Assembly: GCA_964016885.1 (NCBI GenBank)
Contig: OZ024746.1
Location: forward strand, 69,874,001-69,938,000
Reading direction: 5' to 3'
Length of the DNA: 64,000 bases
From: Eledone cirrhosa
Lineage: Eukaryota
The notes beneath the pieces are model-generated. The model was given only the letters and a program-made list of their open reading frames with translations, had not been told where the DNA came from and made no database searches. A program made the position numbers and the translations under genes. Shown piece after piece: positions 39,715-52,603 of the stretch; positions within the stretch are counted from its first letter, which is position 1; every line of letters starts with the position of its first letter.

Positions 39715-40715
39715 TGGATTGGCAGTATCGGTAGAGAGTCGGACGCCATGCTTTGCAGCATAGAGTTACGGATCTTTATGGTCTGAGTTCAAATCCTGCC
39801 GAGGTCCACTTTACCTTTAATCCTTACGGGGGTCAATAAAATAAAGTACCAGTAATGTACTGGGATAATTGCTGGCTTTGTGCCAAAAGTAGAAACAATT
39901 ATTAGATTGGCAGTATCGGTAGAGGGCCGAACGCCATGCTTTGCAACATAGAGTTACGACCTTTTACGGTCTGAGTTCAAATCCCGCCGTGGTTAACTTT
40001 GCTTTTCATCCTTGTGGGGTTGATAAAATAAAGTACCAGTAATGCACTGGGGTAATTGCTGGCCTTGTGCCAAAAGTAGAAACAATTATTGGCATAGATC
40101 AATGGTTCCTAGACTTATTTTACTATGGAACCCTTATACAATTTTTCAAACCTCATGGAAACTCACTAAAGCCCTATAATCCCGGGGTTCCATAAAAACT
40201 ACAACTCATCCCCATTGAAGTTTGAGAGGAGTCCCCACCACCAGGGTCCGAAAACAATCTTGTTTCGTCTCGTCTTAAGGCGACACTGCCAAAGCCTTTC
40301 TACTAATCCACTACCACTTCCATATATACATACAGATACATCGCAAATTGTCCGGTAACTAAAATCCCGGCATCTATTTTAATTTGGTTGTAATTACGAA
40401 TGGACTCTTGTATTTACCAAGACTCGACAGATTAGAACATTGGGTGACCACAGGTGGCGCTGTGTGTCATTTGTAATACTTTGTATGTGTAAATATGAAT
40501 AGTTACTGGAAATTCCAGTAATACTGGGAATTTTTGGCAGTATCGGTAGAGGGTCGGACGCCATGCTTTCCAGCATAGTTACGTCCCTTTACGATCTGAG
40601 TTCAAATCCCGCCGAGGTTGACTTTGCCTTTCATCCTTACGGGGTCGATAAAATAAAGTACCAGTAATGCACTGGGTAATTTCTGGCCTTGTGCCTAAAG
40701 TAGAAACAATTATTA
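39715..40715 (+). mobile_element. Three SINE copies (39715-39903, 39906-40090, 40533-40715)
   Basis: Full head-core-tail structure in each. Confidence 0.88.
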
Positions 40716-41013
40716 ATAACGTGCAAGCAGTTTTCTGGGAATTTACTCCGAATTATTTTCACAAATTATTATCACAAAAGTGATATCTGCCACGAGTTCC
40801 GTAACATCGTCTTCCTCCTTCTCCTACTCCGCTTATCCCCATCGTCAACACCCAGCCATCATCATAATTATTACTTATTATCATCATCATTTATCGTCAT
40901 CACCAATAGCAGCATTTGTGTGTGTGTATATGTGTGTATATGTGTGTGTTATTTATGCATTAGTGGTATATATATATATATATGAAAAACCACATACCCT
41001 CCATCTCAACTCA

Positions 41014-41051
41014 CCTTTTGAAAAGCAGAAGAACTGCGAAACCGGTAAAGG
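41014..41051 (+). ncRNA. Minimal type I hammerhead, U3-A8 variant (family B)
   Basis: CCTT-TTGAAAA-GCAG aagaa CTGC-GAAA-CCGG-TA-AAGG; palindromic stem III ACCGGT. Confidence 0.78.
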
Positions 41052-41182
41052 AACCAAATAAATATATATATTTAAAAAAAAAATAAGACTTCAGTTGCAT
41101 TTTCGATTTCATCCCTTTTTCTTTATACTTCCACTCGTGTAGGACACCTCGGTTATTTTTCATTTTGTAAAAAAAACCTCAC

Positions 41183-41268
<86 letters not shown>

Positions 41269-41330
41269 ACACATATATATATATTTGCGTTTCGTTTTGT
41301 TTTGTCCGCCGCCGAAATACGATCTCGCTG

Positions 41331-41375
<45 letters not shown>

Positions 41376-41938
41376 GATATTAAACAAATGGAAACTATAT
41401 TTATAAAACCATATTTATTTCATTATACATATTTCGGGGATACCATATTAATAAATATTAATAAATATGGTTTTATAAATATAGTTTCCATTTGTTTAAT
41501 ATCGTATATCTACTCCAAAACTTGTCGAGTGCTTTATATCAGTTATAAAATATTTACTTGTTGTAACCCAACAATTTTAAATAAAACTTTTGTATATATA
41601 TATATATATATTATATATATATATATGTATATATATATATCTAAACCAGAGAATGTCTGTCTATCTGTCTGACTCACTAAAACTCGAGAACCACCCAACC
41701 GATTGTTTTCAAACTTTACACATGTAATACCTATGGTCGTGTGAGTGTATTGACCAAAAAAATATTTCAAATTTTCAATGTCCTAGTGACCGCATTAGAC
41801 GATTTAGCGATCTCTCTATAATTCTTAGTATTTCTTTTTAGATAGATACATAGCTACGACGTCGCGCCCTTATAATATCTGTCTGTATGTCTAGCTGTCT
41901 GCATTACGACATTATGACGCTATCTGGATGTGTGTTTA

Positions 41939-42821
41939 CGAGGTGTGTCAGAAAAGTTCCAGGACTGATGTCACAAAAGATTTATTTCAAACCCAAACTT
42001 CACACTAAGAATTTTCTCCTTCAAAGTAATCCCCCTGGAGTATGTAACTGTAATCTTAGCTCTCTGCAGCGATCAAACTTTTTTCTTCATAATTTTATAT
42101 ACATGTCCTCTGTTTCAGGTCGTCAAGCAATGAGCGCAGAGCAAAGAACAAACTTGAAAACTCCGTCAGAAGCACTGCGATTGCTGCAGTAAGTGTGTGG
42201 AGATGAGACGATGTCACGCTCACGTGCTTTTGAGTGGTGCAAGAGGTTTAAAGAAGGACGCGAGGACGTGGAAGATGACCCCAGGAGCGGAAGGCCCTCA
42301 ACAACCAGGACTGAGGTCAACTTTGAGCGCATCAGTCAGATGGTGCGTAGCGATCGTCGGCTGACTGTTCGACTGATGGCAAATGAGTTGGGCATGAATC
42401 GAGACAGCGTCTGGAAGATTTGAACATGCGGAAAGTCTGCGCGAAGATGGTGCCAAAACTGCAAAACGATGACCAGAAGGGTCGACGCATGCAAGTGTGC
42501 CAGGACATCCTCGAGCGTCTTGAAACCGAACCAGACTTGCTAGGGACAGTCATTGCCGGTGATGAGTCATGGATCTTCGAGTACGACCCGGAGGGGACCC
42601 GTTTTGAAGACGTGAACGACATCAAAAAGGCCGTGACGACGGAACTGCGGAGGATCCCGAAAGAATCCTTCGAGGAGTGCATGCAAGCGTGGCAGAAAAG
42701 GATGTAAAAGTGCATTAGACTCCAGGGGGATTACTTTGAAGGAGAAAACTCTTAGTGTGAAGTTTGGGTTTGAAATAAATCTTTTGTGACATCAGTCCTG
42801 GAACTTTTGTGACCCACCTCG
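41939..42821 (+). mobile_element. Internally deleted mariner transposon with ~103-bp TIRs and TA target duplication
   Basis: TIRs 41939-42041 / 42719-42821. HTH (FEWCKRFKEGREDVEDDPRSGRP), KMVPK and GDESWIFEYDPE are fused directly to the C-terminal RFEDVNDIK, so the catalytic centre is missing. Confidence 0.95.
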
Positions 42822-42904
42822 TATATATATATATATATATATTTATATATAGTGTGTAACGTTTTTCGAAATATTTACTTCTGCGTTCACAGATTGATTT
42901 TTTT

Positions 42905-42955
42905 AGTTTCAGAAGATCCCGTTAAGGGTGAAAGCAGCGATTCTTCGCTCAAACT
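42905..42955 (+). ncRNA. Type I hammerhead-like fold with CAGAAGA core (family F)
   Basis: AGTTT-CAGAAGA-TCCC gttaa GGGT-GAAA-GC...GC-TC-AAACT; second copy at 54068..54118 (-). Confidence 0.6.
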
Positions 42956-43371
42956 TTAATCTGTTATTTAAATATATATATATATAAAATTATATATTCG
43001 TGTACAGATATTTTTGCATACACAATAACAAAATATAAACAAACGTATTTATTTCACGAGGCTCGACAGCAGCAAAAACAACAACGAAAAAGGGAGGGAA
43101 CGCAATTACATGCTTTTGAAAAATCTTAATGGAAAATTATTTGCCTATTCACCCAAGGCGACTTCACTTTTCATTAGGACTTTTGCATCAACTGGTGAAC
43201 ATACGACGAAACTGTATCAGAAAGGAGGGATAAACATGCCAATCTATGTTTAGAATCCCGAGCAACGCCGGGTCATTCTGCTAGTATATGTTAAACGTAA
43301 AAGCGGTGGTATATATATATATTTTAAACGCAACACATGTGACAGATAAATGTGGACAAAGATAGTATTGT

Positions 43372-43589
43372 TTAGATATTTATTAAAATTATAGTGAAGA
43401 AAATCAAGACAAATGATGCGCAGTTCGGTGATGTACCACCTCGTAGTCTTAATCCTTGTCCATTGCAGCCATCTACGTTACAGGTTCGAATACACGATGT
43501 CTTTTTACGACTAGCAGTCACATTTTTCACAATGCATTTTTCTTCCACGTGCATCGAACTACAATCTCTTGCAAAACGAAGCTGAATAC
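43372..43589 (-). CDS. Terminal exon of a Ly6/uPAR three-finger, quiver/sleepless-like GPI-anchored protein
   Basis: Acceptor ttcttttcaag|GT (phase 1). Translation IQLRFARDCSSMHVEEKCIVKNVTASRKKTSCIRTCNVDGCNGQGLRLRGGTSPNCASFVLIFFTIILINI* shows R.C...C...C...C..DGCN followed by a hydrophobic GPI-signal-like tail. Confidence 0.78.
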
Positions 43590-43769
43590 CTTGAAAAGAA
43601 ATAAAACAAGTTGAGTTAGTTAAAAGAATAACAAATATTTAACCAAGTTTTAAATCTCACAAAGTTTATAATTATGAATGTAAAAGAAAAACATGATCAA
43701 GAAGAAGTGGACTGTTTTGGTATAGAATTGTTCGTAAAGGAATCGTATTTTACATTTAATGGTTTCTTG

Positions 43770-44160
43770 GCCCACAAATGTCTCCTCTCGCCGCCTCTTC
43801 TACCATTACAACATTATTCTCTGCTCACTGGGACTTGCTCGTCGCATGTCAGCTCCACTTATCTCCCCTTCACTCATCATCTATGATATGCCCAACTTTC
43901 TTATCTCCCCTTCACTCATCATCTATGATATGCCCAACTTTAATCCCCACAAACTCCGCACTAACAACCACGCTCAATACTTTTACTCAGAACGTCGTCT
44001 GACAGGAAACCCGTTCCTGCTTATGTCTTTTAAAAAGGGGCGAACATTCTATAGCTTAAACAGACCGTCAATTACATCTTTCTCTCCGATCTCGGAATGG
44101 GGTCGGGGCTGTGATTTACCAAAGGAAAAACATAACAAAAAGATAGGACATTAAAAAAAA
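43770..44160 (+). mobile_element. Degenerate CR1/L2/Jockey-type LINE 3' fragment
   Basis: NVSSRRLFYHY...RTNNHAQYFYS resembles LINE ORF2 C-termini; A-rich end. Confidence 0.45.
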
Positions 44161-45059
44161 AAATCTTTTGTCAGACTCAGAAGAGCAGTAGCCATGATCC
44201 GTTTCAGGGTCCCCGAGGCTGGAAGGAGGAAGGATGTAAAGATAGTTAGTGTCTATGACCCTTTTTATGGTTTCTAAGACTGGTAGGAGGGAGGCTGGTA
44301 AAATCATTGTCCGTAACCCTTTTCAGGGCTACATATATTGGTGGGAGGAAAGAAAATATAACCAAATTAAAGATATGGTCTGAAGATATGGACCCGACGA
44401 TAGTGTTAAACTAAGCATTTGATAAAACATACTCTCCAAGTAGGCCACAGAACGAAATACTGTGGAAGAAATACTACATGAAGTTTATTAAACAAGTGAA
44501 GTTTTTTACGCACGAATTAATTGATGGATGCAAAGACATAAATAAAAGAAGTAGAAGTTTCAAGTTCGATATCTATGCACGATTGATTATCCAATCTCTT
44601 CGATCTCTATAATCGATTGATTATCCAATATCTATGAGACTAAAATATAAAATAGAAAGAAAAATATAACAATGTGAACTTTAAGTAGTTATAACTTAAG
44701 GTAAGTTGATATTAAAATACACGAGCAGTTTTTCACCCAAGTGAAAACAAGAAGGTAATTTACTTGTAATTATTTTACTGAATCTAAAAATATAGCAAGT
44801 TGAAATAATCAATAGAGAATTAAGTCAGAGTCTCATTATCAAACATTGATAATATTTATTGTGTATTATATTAAAGCTGTAATACATGTCACGCTGGGAA
44901 AGAGATGGTAAGATAACTGTATGCATGCGAGTGTGTGAGAGAGATCGAGATAGATAGATAGAGAGAGTGAGTGAGAGAGAGAGAGTGAGTGAGTGAGAGA
45001 GAGAGCGAGAGAGAGAGAGAGTGAGTGGGGCAGAGAGTGAGTGAGTGAGACAGAAAGAG

Positions 45060-45139
<80 letters not shown>

Positions 45140-45539
45140 TTTATGGAAAGAGGATAGTAAGTGTGTGTGTGTGCGAAAATAATTATTTTAGAAATTTTAA
45201 ATCCCGGACTATTATGTTATGTGAGTATATCATATAAATATAACATTAAAAAATGTGAAATTGATTTTCAATATTTGGCGATAGTTACTAATTAAACTGT
45301 GAAATTTCCACGGTTATAATTAGAAACTTACTAAAGAAATTAAAAAGTTTTCTGGCAAACCATCCCCCGGCTTTGTAATAAGAAGTTCTCCTCCCCCATG
45401 TCTGCTATCAGAAACTCGTTTGGGTTTCTTCTCTCTGAAGAGACGTGCATCTACGCGAGGTAGAGAGAACACTTTCCTGATCTCCTAGCGTCCCATCCCC
45501 CCGGCCACAACAAAGTCTGATGTACTTGAGATGCATTTA

Positions 45540-46425
45540 GTGACGATGGTTAATCTCTCGGAGGAAGAGGTCACCAGGGTAATTAAAGCTCTCATATGTG
45601 ACAAGGTCTTTGGGGAGGATAAAATTCAACCTGAGATTTAAAAGCCTTAAATAGAGAAGGTATGCTCTGGCTGACACATGTGTGCCGGGTGGCCTGGATC
45701 TCTGGAAAAGCACCGAATAAATGGCAGTTTTCATACAGAGAGACAAGAGAGGTTGCTCCAATTATAGAAGAATCTCCCCGTTAAGCTTGGTTTTTGCCAC
45801 GATTGTAGCACAGCCTACCAAATATTTACACTGCGGCAAGTCTTGGGAGAAACTGTGGGAGTATTGCCAATATGTATATTTTTATTTCGTAGACGTCGAA
45901 AGGCATATGACTGTTTTACACGGAATCTCTTGTGGAAGGTTCTGCATGAGTATGGGCTTGATGGACAGCTTCTTGTTGTCCTGATGTCTCTATACGAATG
46001 CCCTAGTATTTGTGTTCGGGTAATCTGAAGAGTCTTTGCAGTAACATTATACGACAGGGTCTGTAGCGCGGAGATCAAGGAATTGTTGCAGGTAGAGATG
46101 CTACTTCTCTAAATTGAGAGATCACAGCCCCTGTATTACGGACATGTGATTTGAAAAATCGCTGGATACATTTTCTAGGTAAAAGTAACCGACAAGAAAT
46201 CCAGATAAGGGCCACGAGTAGAATGGTCAGATAACATCTATGAGCTTGACTGGGAACTCAGTCTGATCTATTGGGGTCAGTTGCTTCTGAGAGGACCTCT
46301 GTATGACGTCTGAGGACTGTGCTTTCACGACCCACCCAGGAATAAATGGGCGAAGAAGAAGAAGAAGAAGAAGAAGAAGAAGAAGAAGAAGAAGAAGAAG
46401 AAGAAGAAGAAGAAGAAGAAGAAGA
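45540..46425 (+). mobile_element. Degenerate RTE-clade LINE with (GAA)n tail
   Basis: CSNYRRISPLSL, KAYD..TRNLLWKVLHEYGLDGQLL...SLY; ends in (GAA)n at 46352-46425. Confidence 0.75.
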
Positions 46426-47354
46426 GATTCAAAGCTATTATTGGTTTAAAAATTTAAAGTCTGTCTCGAGCAGGCCGTACCTTATAGCGTTTTCAAATAG
46501 TTAAGCAATTGAGAGTACAAGTCATCTCAATGGACGTCCATCGCAAAATGACCCCACAAATGCTGGCATTCATTTCCCTCTAACTGGACTGAAGCAATGT
46601 GAAATCAAGTGCGTTTTTCGATATGCGAATTGAACACACGACATTACGATCGTGAACCAGCATCTTAACCAATTGGTCACGACGTGCCTTCACATTATAA
46701 AGCCTATCGTATAGTAAAATACGTTTCATCAGGTCTTAAAACATTGGTAATATAAACCAACGGAATCAGATTTCCTTGTATTAACCACCAGAAAAGAACA
46801 TTTTCACTCTTTATGACATTTTAACGTTCAGCAGCTTTGAACGTGACATTCAATTTTATAGTTAATAGAATGATCATGTTCTATTAGACTTCTCCGGTTT
46901 CATTGCTATTTTCAGTGGAATGTATTCCGTTTAATTATTCCACAGCTTCTGATCATCAAAACACTTGTGTCATCTCCTGATTGGAAACAGTGGTTCCAAA
47001 TATGTTGAATTGCATCGGTTAGATTTACGATACTTATTAATTTCGTCTACACCGACAACAGATTTATCAGATAGCCACTCTGTAATATCTACACTGAATG
47101 CTTTAAGTAACAAAGATATCTTAGCAGAGTCGATTCTATTTGTTCCGGCATGTTGCGTTTTGAGTTCAAATCACACCGAGATCAACTTTGCCATTCGTGT
47201 TCCCAGGATCGATAGGCAAAATATAAATCTAGGGCAGTATACTGGTGAAATTGTTAGAGCCCCAGACAGGATGCTTCGCGGTATTTGTTCCGACTCTTTG
47301 TGTTCTGAGTTCAACTGCACGAATATTACGAAGAGTATTCTTAATACAATAGAA

Positions 47355-48320
47355 ATAATTGTTTCTACTTTAGGCACAAGGCCAGCAATTATTCCAGTGT
47401 ATTACTGGTACTTTATTTTATCGAGCCCGTAAGGATGAAAGGCAAAGTTAACCTCGGCGGGATTTGAACTCAGAATGGCAAGGGACGAAACTCTATGTGT
47501 CAAAGCATGGTGTCCGACCCTCTACCGATACTGCCAATCCACCGAAATAATGGTTTCTTATATAGGCACAAGGCCAGTAATTTGGGGGGAGGGGAAAGTC
47601 GATTAAATCGACCCCAGTGCGTGACTGGTACTTTATTTTATCGACCCCATAAGAATGAAAGGCAAAGTTATCCTCGGCGGGATTTGAGCTCAGATCATAA
47701 AGAGCCGTAACTCTATGCTGCAAAGCATGGCGTCCGACCCTCTACCGATACTGCCAATCCACGGAAATAATAACATCAAAATCAGTGCTACATGTCCCCA
47801 AGGTAAACACAAGTGTGCTCGGTAATGCAGTGATGACCCGCAATGAAATTAAGACTTATGATGATGGTAATGATGTTTATAATAATAATTGCTTCTACTT
47901 TAGGCACAAGGCCAGCAATAACCCAGTACATTACTGGTACTTTATTTTATCGACCCCGTAAGGATGAAAGGCAAAGTTAACCTCGGCGGGATTTGAACTC
48001 AGACTGTAAAGGGACGTAACTATGCTAGAAAGCATGGCGTCCAACCCTCTACCGATACTGCCAATAATAATAATAATAATTGTTTGTACCTTTTTAGCAC
48101 AAGGCCAGAAATTACCCAAGGCAAAAGGCCAGCAATTTAGAGGGAGGCGGAAAGTCGATTAAATCGACTCCAGTGGATTACCTGTACTTTATTTTATCGA
48201 CCCTGTAAGGATGAAAGGCAAAGCTAACTTCAGTGGGATTGGAAATCAGAACGTAAAGGGGCATAGCTCTATGACACTAAACATGTTGTCCGACGCTCTA
48301 ACGATATTGCCAATCCACAA
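47355..48320 (-). mobile_element. Cluster of about four to five SINE copies in tandem
   Basis: Repeated head-core-tail units on the minus strand. Confidence 0.88.
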
Positions 48321-48355
48321 TCAGTTATATACATATATGTATATATATGTGTGTG

Positions 48356-48393
<38 letters not shown>

Positions 48394-48450
48394 CACCCAC
48401 ATACACACACACATATACACACACACGCATACACACACATACACACACAT

Positions 48451-48495
<45 letters not shown>

Positions 48496-48977
48496 TATAT
48501 ATATATGTGTGTATGTGTGTATGTGTGTGAGTATGTGTGTGTGTGTGTGTGTATGTGTGTATGTGTGTATGTATGTGTGTATGTGTGTGTGTGTATGTGT
48601 GTGTATGTGTGTGTGTATGTGCGTGTGTGTATGTGTGTATGTGCTTGCCAAATCTGAGCACTGACAATGAGAAGTCGGAACAAACGGACAAATAGAAACA
48701 CTCCTTACTCATCACCTATCCGCTGGGAATCCCCAATATATATAAATATATATATACATATATATATCTTTAAGTCGTTTGGAAGCCTCGACAATGCAAA
48801 TGGGTAAATCTCCGGGTAACAAGGTCCGGTGGTGGAGAGAGAGATGTAAGTGGGTGTACGTTGAGATGCGTGGTGTGTATAAGATGTGTGAGATGTGTAG
48901 AATGAAGGGAAGAGTATAAAGGATAAAAATAAAAATAACAACACAAGAGAGAGTTACCTTGGGAGAGATTTAATAGG

Positions 48978-49039
<62 letters not shown>

Positions 49040-49044
<5 letters not shown>

Positions 49045-50420
49045 CGTTTCTGAATTTGTTTAGCAAGATTCTTTATCTGAAAACGTGTGTTGAAACCGAT
49101 ATTCTTATACTTTGGGAGGGTCATGTTGCCAATAAGAAACATACGCACCAGTTGCTTTCACTTGAATTTATTATAATAAATTTATAAATTTAGGAATTTA
49201 TAAATTTCCGGTTGGTTGGTTGGATCCACAACCAGACGATTGTTCATATATTGTCAAAGTTCTTTCGTCACACATTCTGCGACCTCTTCAGTGACTGGGG
49301 ATTCTTTTCTTTGTTTTTGTGCCTCTCCTTTGTTCTGTCCTACGCCATCTTGTTTTTGTGTGTGTTGTGTGCTTGGTTTGCGCATGTGTTACACCCGGGT
49401 GTCTGTGTGTGATTATATTTGTTTATTTATTTGTTTATTTACATGTTACTGGTTAGTTGTTTGTTCTATGTGTGTGTGTGCGTTTTCATTTTGTCCTTAA
49501 TTGTAAGTTGTGATGTTGCTGTTCCATCCATGTTTTCTATTTAATTTTGGTTGGAGTTCATTTATGTTTATTGCCTCTGTGATTTGTCTAAACATTGCGT
49601 CTTTTCTGTGTGTAGATTCTATTTTTATTTCTATGTTCTCTAATTTACCCTTATGTTCTATTTTAGCATGCTGGTGGAGTACAGATGATTCTTTACTATC
49701 TTGAAGCTCTCGCCAGTGTTCATTTATCCGTTCCCCTATACTATGAGCTGTCTCACCTATGTACACTATGTTATTATCTCTACATTGTCCTTCAGTACAT
49801 CTTATGCTATATACTACATTTCTAGTTTTACAGTTAATATGGGGGCTTAATGTACAGATTATACATTTCTTATCTATACAGGGAGGTCTTTGAAAAGGGT
49901 ATGTATTGCTAATAAGTGTTTTTATGGAGGTACCTCGTCTTTCTACTATCTTAATATTGAGTTTATGTTTATCTAGGGCCCTTCTAAATTTGTAAGCTAA
50001 TTCACCTCTAGGGGTTGTATCGATGAATATTACACTCTGGTATTTATTGCTATGATACCATGAGTTTATTCTATTAACCTTATTCCTAGTTCTTTCTATT
50101 CTATTCCAAAATTTGCTCCTATACAAGGGGCAGGTCCCATTTGTATCATTATTTACCATTTTTTCCCATTTGGTTCTGGCTCCTCTATACACTCTGATTT
50201 TATCTCTCTGATTGTAACCAGAGAACTGCATACGGTGGATGAAATGTTGTATGTGTCTCTCTAATTCTTTGGGGTTGCACATGCGGGACACGTTTCTCAT
50301 CACCCGTACCAAATCCGCAATCAGTATGTTGATTTTGGTATGGTCCGAAACAGCTGAGTTTCGGTGGATCAGATATTTGGAAGTCATGGGGTTTGGCAAC
50401 ATGACCCTCCCAAAGTATAA
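49040..50420 (-). mobile_element. Penelope-like element (RT thumb + GIY-YIG + pLTR), 5'-truncated
   Basis: ORF 49497..50498 contains C....CIIC, CKTRNVVYSIRC, YIGET, R.NEH and RQITEA..I....PKLNRK. Flanked by (TA)n; hammerhead at 49253. Confidence 0.9.
49253..49295 (-). ncRNA. Minimal type I hammerhead in pLTR
   Basis: GTCA-CTGAAGA-G-GTCGCA gaatg TGTGAC-GAAA-GAAC-TT-TGAC. Confidence 0.72.
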
Positions 50421-50627
50421 CAATATATATATATATATATATATACAATACATACACAGAGAAAGCCTTAAGCGAAACTCCGACCAACTCCATCTCACTC
50501 AACAAACATTAGCATATACTTAAGTATTATCCCAATTTAGTGTTTGGGGTGCTAACTAATCAGTATTTCGTGGATAGCTGGTTGTATTATTTTATATGAG
50601 ACATTATTAAATAAATATCTCATTTCT

Positions 50628-50751
50628 TCCAGACGGCCGTTTCGTTATAAGATTTCTACAATTTGGGATAAATAATTTCCAGGTTATGTAGAAACTTGTA
50701 TATAATCCATAGTTTTATACACAAGCGGGCTCTTATAAACTCATCAGTGGA
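50628..50751 (-). ncRNA. Type I hammerhead with large structured stem II insertion
   Basis: TCCA-CTGATGA-G(T)TTATAAGA...TCTTATAAC-GAAA-CGGCCG-TC-TGGA; canonical core, GUC triplet. Confidence 0.8.
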
Positions 50752-51165
50752 TGCACAGTCAATAACGATATAAGAATTATATCGACATTAACAGAACGGT
50801 GATGGTCTCTCTCAGCGCTAAGAAGAGACTGGTAGATTAGAATCCAGCAGTTCTCTCAAAGAAAAAATACACGCTGCCCCCAAAGGGGTAAAGGGAGGTA
50901 ATCTTAAAATAAAACAATATACACGCTGGTCAATTAAACCTGTTAGGTATTAACCACGTGTATAAGAACTCAATTGGAAATTTAAAAGAATAACCATATG
51001 TATACACAACCAATGCACACACAGAGATATTAAAACATAATAAATATATGCATGGATCACCCATACATACACATAGCTATTCTCTAAGGCTAAATCAGAC
51101 ATGGGATACAAGGAAGATCAATCAGTATTTCATATAAAAAATAATAATAATAAAGAGAGTCATAC

Positions 51166-51260
<95 letters not shown>

Positions 51261-51279
51261 AACATATATACATATATAC

Positions 51280-51342
<63 letters not shown>

Positions 51343-51426
51343 AAAGGTAAACAGAAATAACAACACAATCGGTACAGTAAATGGAAGGTATATATTAGGT
51401 TAACGCTTGATATAGCAGGAAGAGAG

Positions 51427-51462
51427 TCTTAACGTTTCGGACGCTAGTACTTCATCAGAAGA
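51427..51462 (-). ncRNA. Minimal type I hammerhead (family C)
   Basis: TCTT-CTGATGA-A-GTAC tagc GTCC-GAAA-CG-TT-AAGA. Confidence 0.65.
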
Positions 51463-51922
51463 AAGAATGAGAAATAAAATAGATTGAGGGGACGGGCGGG
51501 ATGGAATTGGAAAAAATGTGTGTGTGTGTATACTGATATGAAATTCACTATGAGGTAATTTTAGGTAAACGTGTGTTTGGGGGCCTCGTTCAGATATTTC
51601 TTAATCAGGTCCTAAATCATTAGCTTTTATTGACAATGTTTTGTAACTGTGGTGTTCTTTTCCTGTGAGTGTGACTGACTGACTATCTACGGACTGGGTG
51701 GTTAGAGAATTGGATTCGTAACCATGAGGTTGTGATTTCGATTCTCGGACCGGGCGATGAGTTATGTTCTTGAACAAGACATTTTATTTCACGTTGCTCC
51801 TTCTGCCTGGATTTGTGACGGACAGATAGTATTAGCAATTGGAAAGACCGATGGAAACATTGCTTCCTAGGTCCGATTTGACGAGCTCCACCCTACTCGT
51901 AAAGTGAATGAAGTCGATCGAC

Positions 51923-51956
<34 letters not shown>

Positions 51957-52439
51957 GTGTAAAGTCCTCAAGAAATCAAAGAAAGTTATATATATATATA
52001 TATAATGTGTAAAGTCCTCAAGAAATCAAAGAAAGTTATATGTATGGTAAAGAAATTTAGGAAAACCTTAGCGATTCATTTCACAAAATTCGCTGAAATT
52101 ATATGAAATTGAAATATGAACAAAGTAGTTTTTATTCTATTAACACTATTCAATTTATATATTATTGTTTTAAAGCGAACCATTTCAATTTTCAAATCAA
52201 TATTGTCAAATGAAAGAAGTATAGAGTACATAAAATTGTATATAGTGCAGGTTACGTAACATGCACATAGTCGTAAATTTGACATTTATTTTAAATTATT
52301 TAAAAGCTCTCAATATAAGTGACATTTTAAAACATACACGCACACACACATAGTTATATGTATGTGCATTTGTATATAAATATTTGCTTATATTTAAATA
52401 TGTATATACATTTTATAAACACACAGACAGACACACACA

Positions 52440-52571
<132 letters not shown>

Positions 52572-52603
52572 GAAGTGGTTACACAACAGTTAGTTCACCA
52601 TAC

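Larger units (their letters stand above)
41630..43284 (+). mobile_element. Non-autonomous Helitron-like element with nested insertions
   Basis: 5' TA-rich start with (GTCT)n; 3' hairpin CCCGagcaacgcCGGG followed by CTAG|T at 43281-43285. The 5' boundary is approximate. Confidence 0.7.

Noticed and set aside
40445-40462. CTCF-like motif ccacaggtggcgct
   Set aside because: Only the 3' half matches the consensus; a single partial motif is uninformative.
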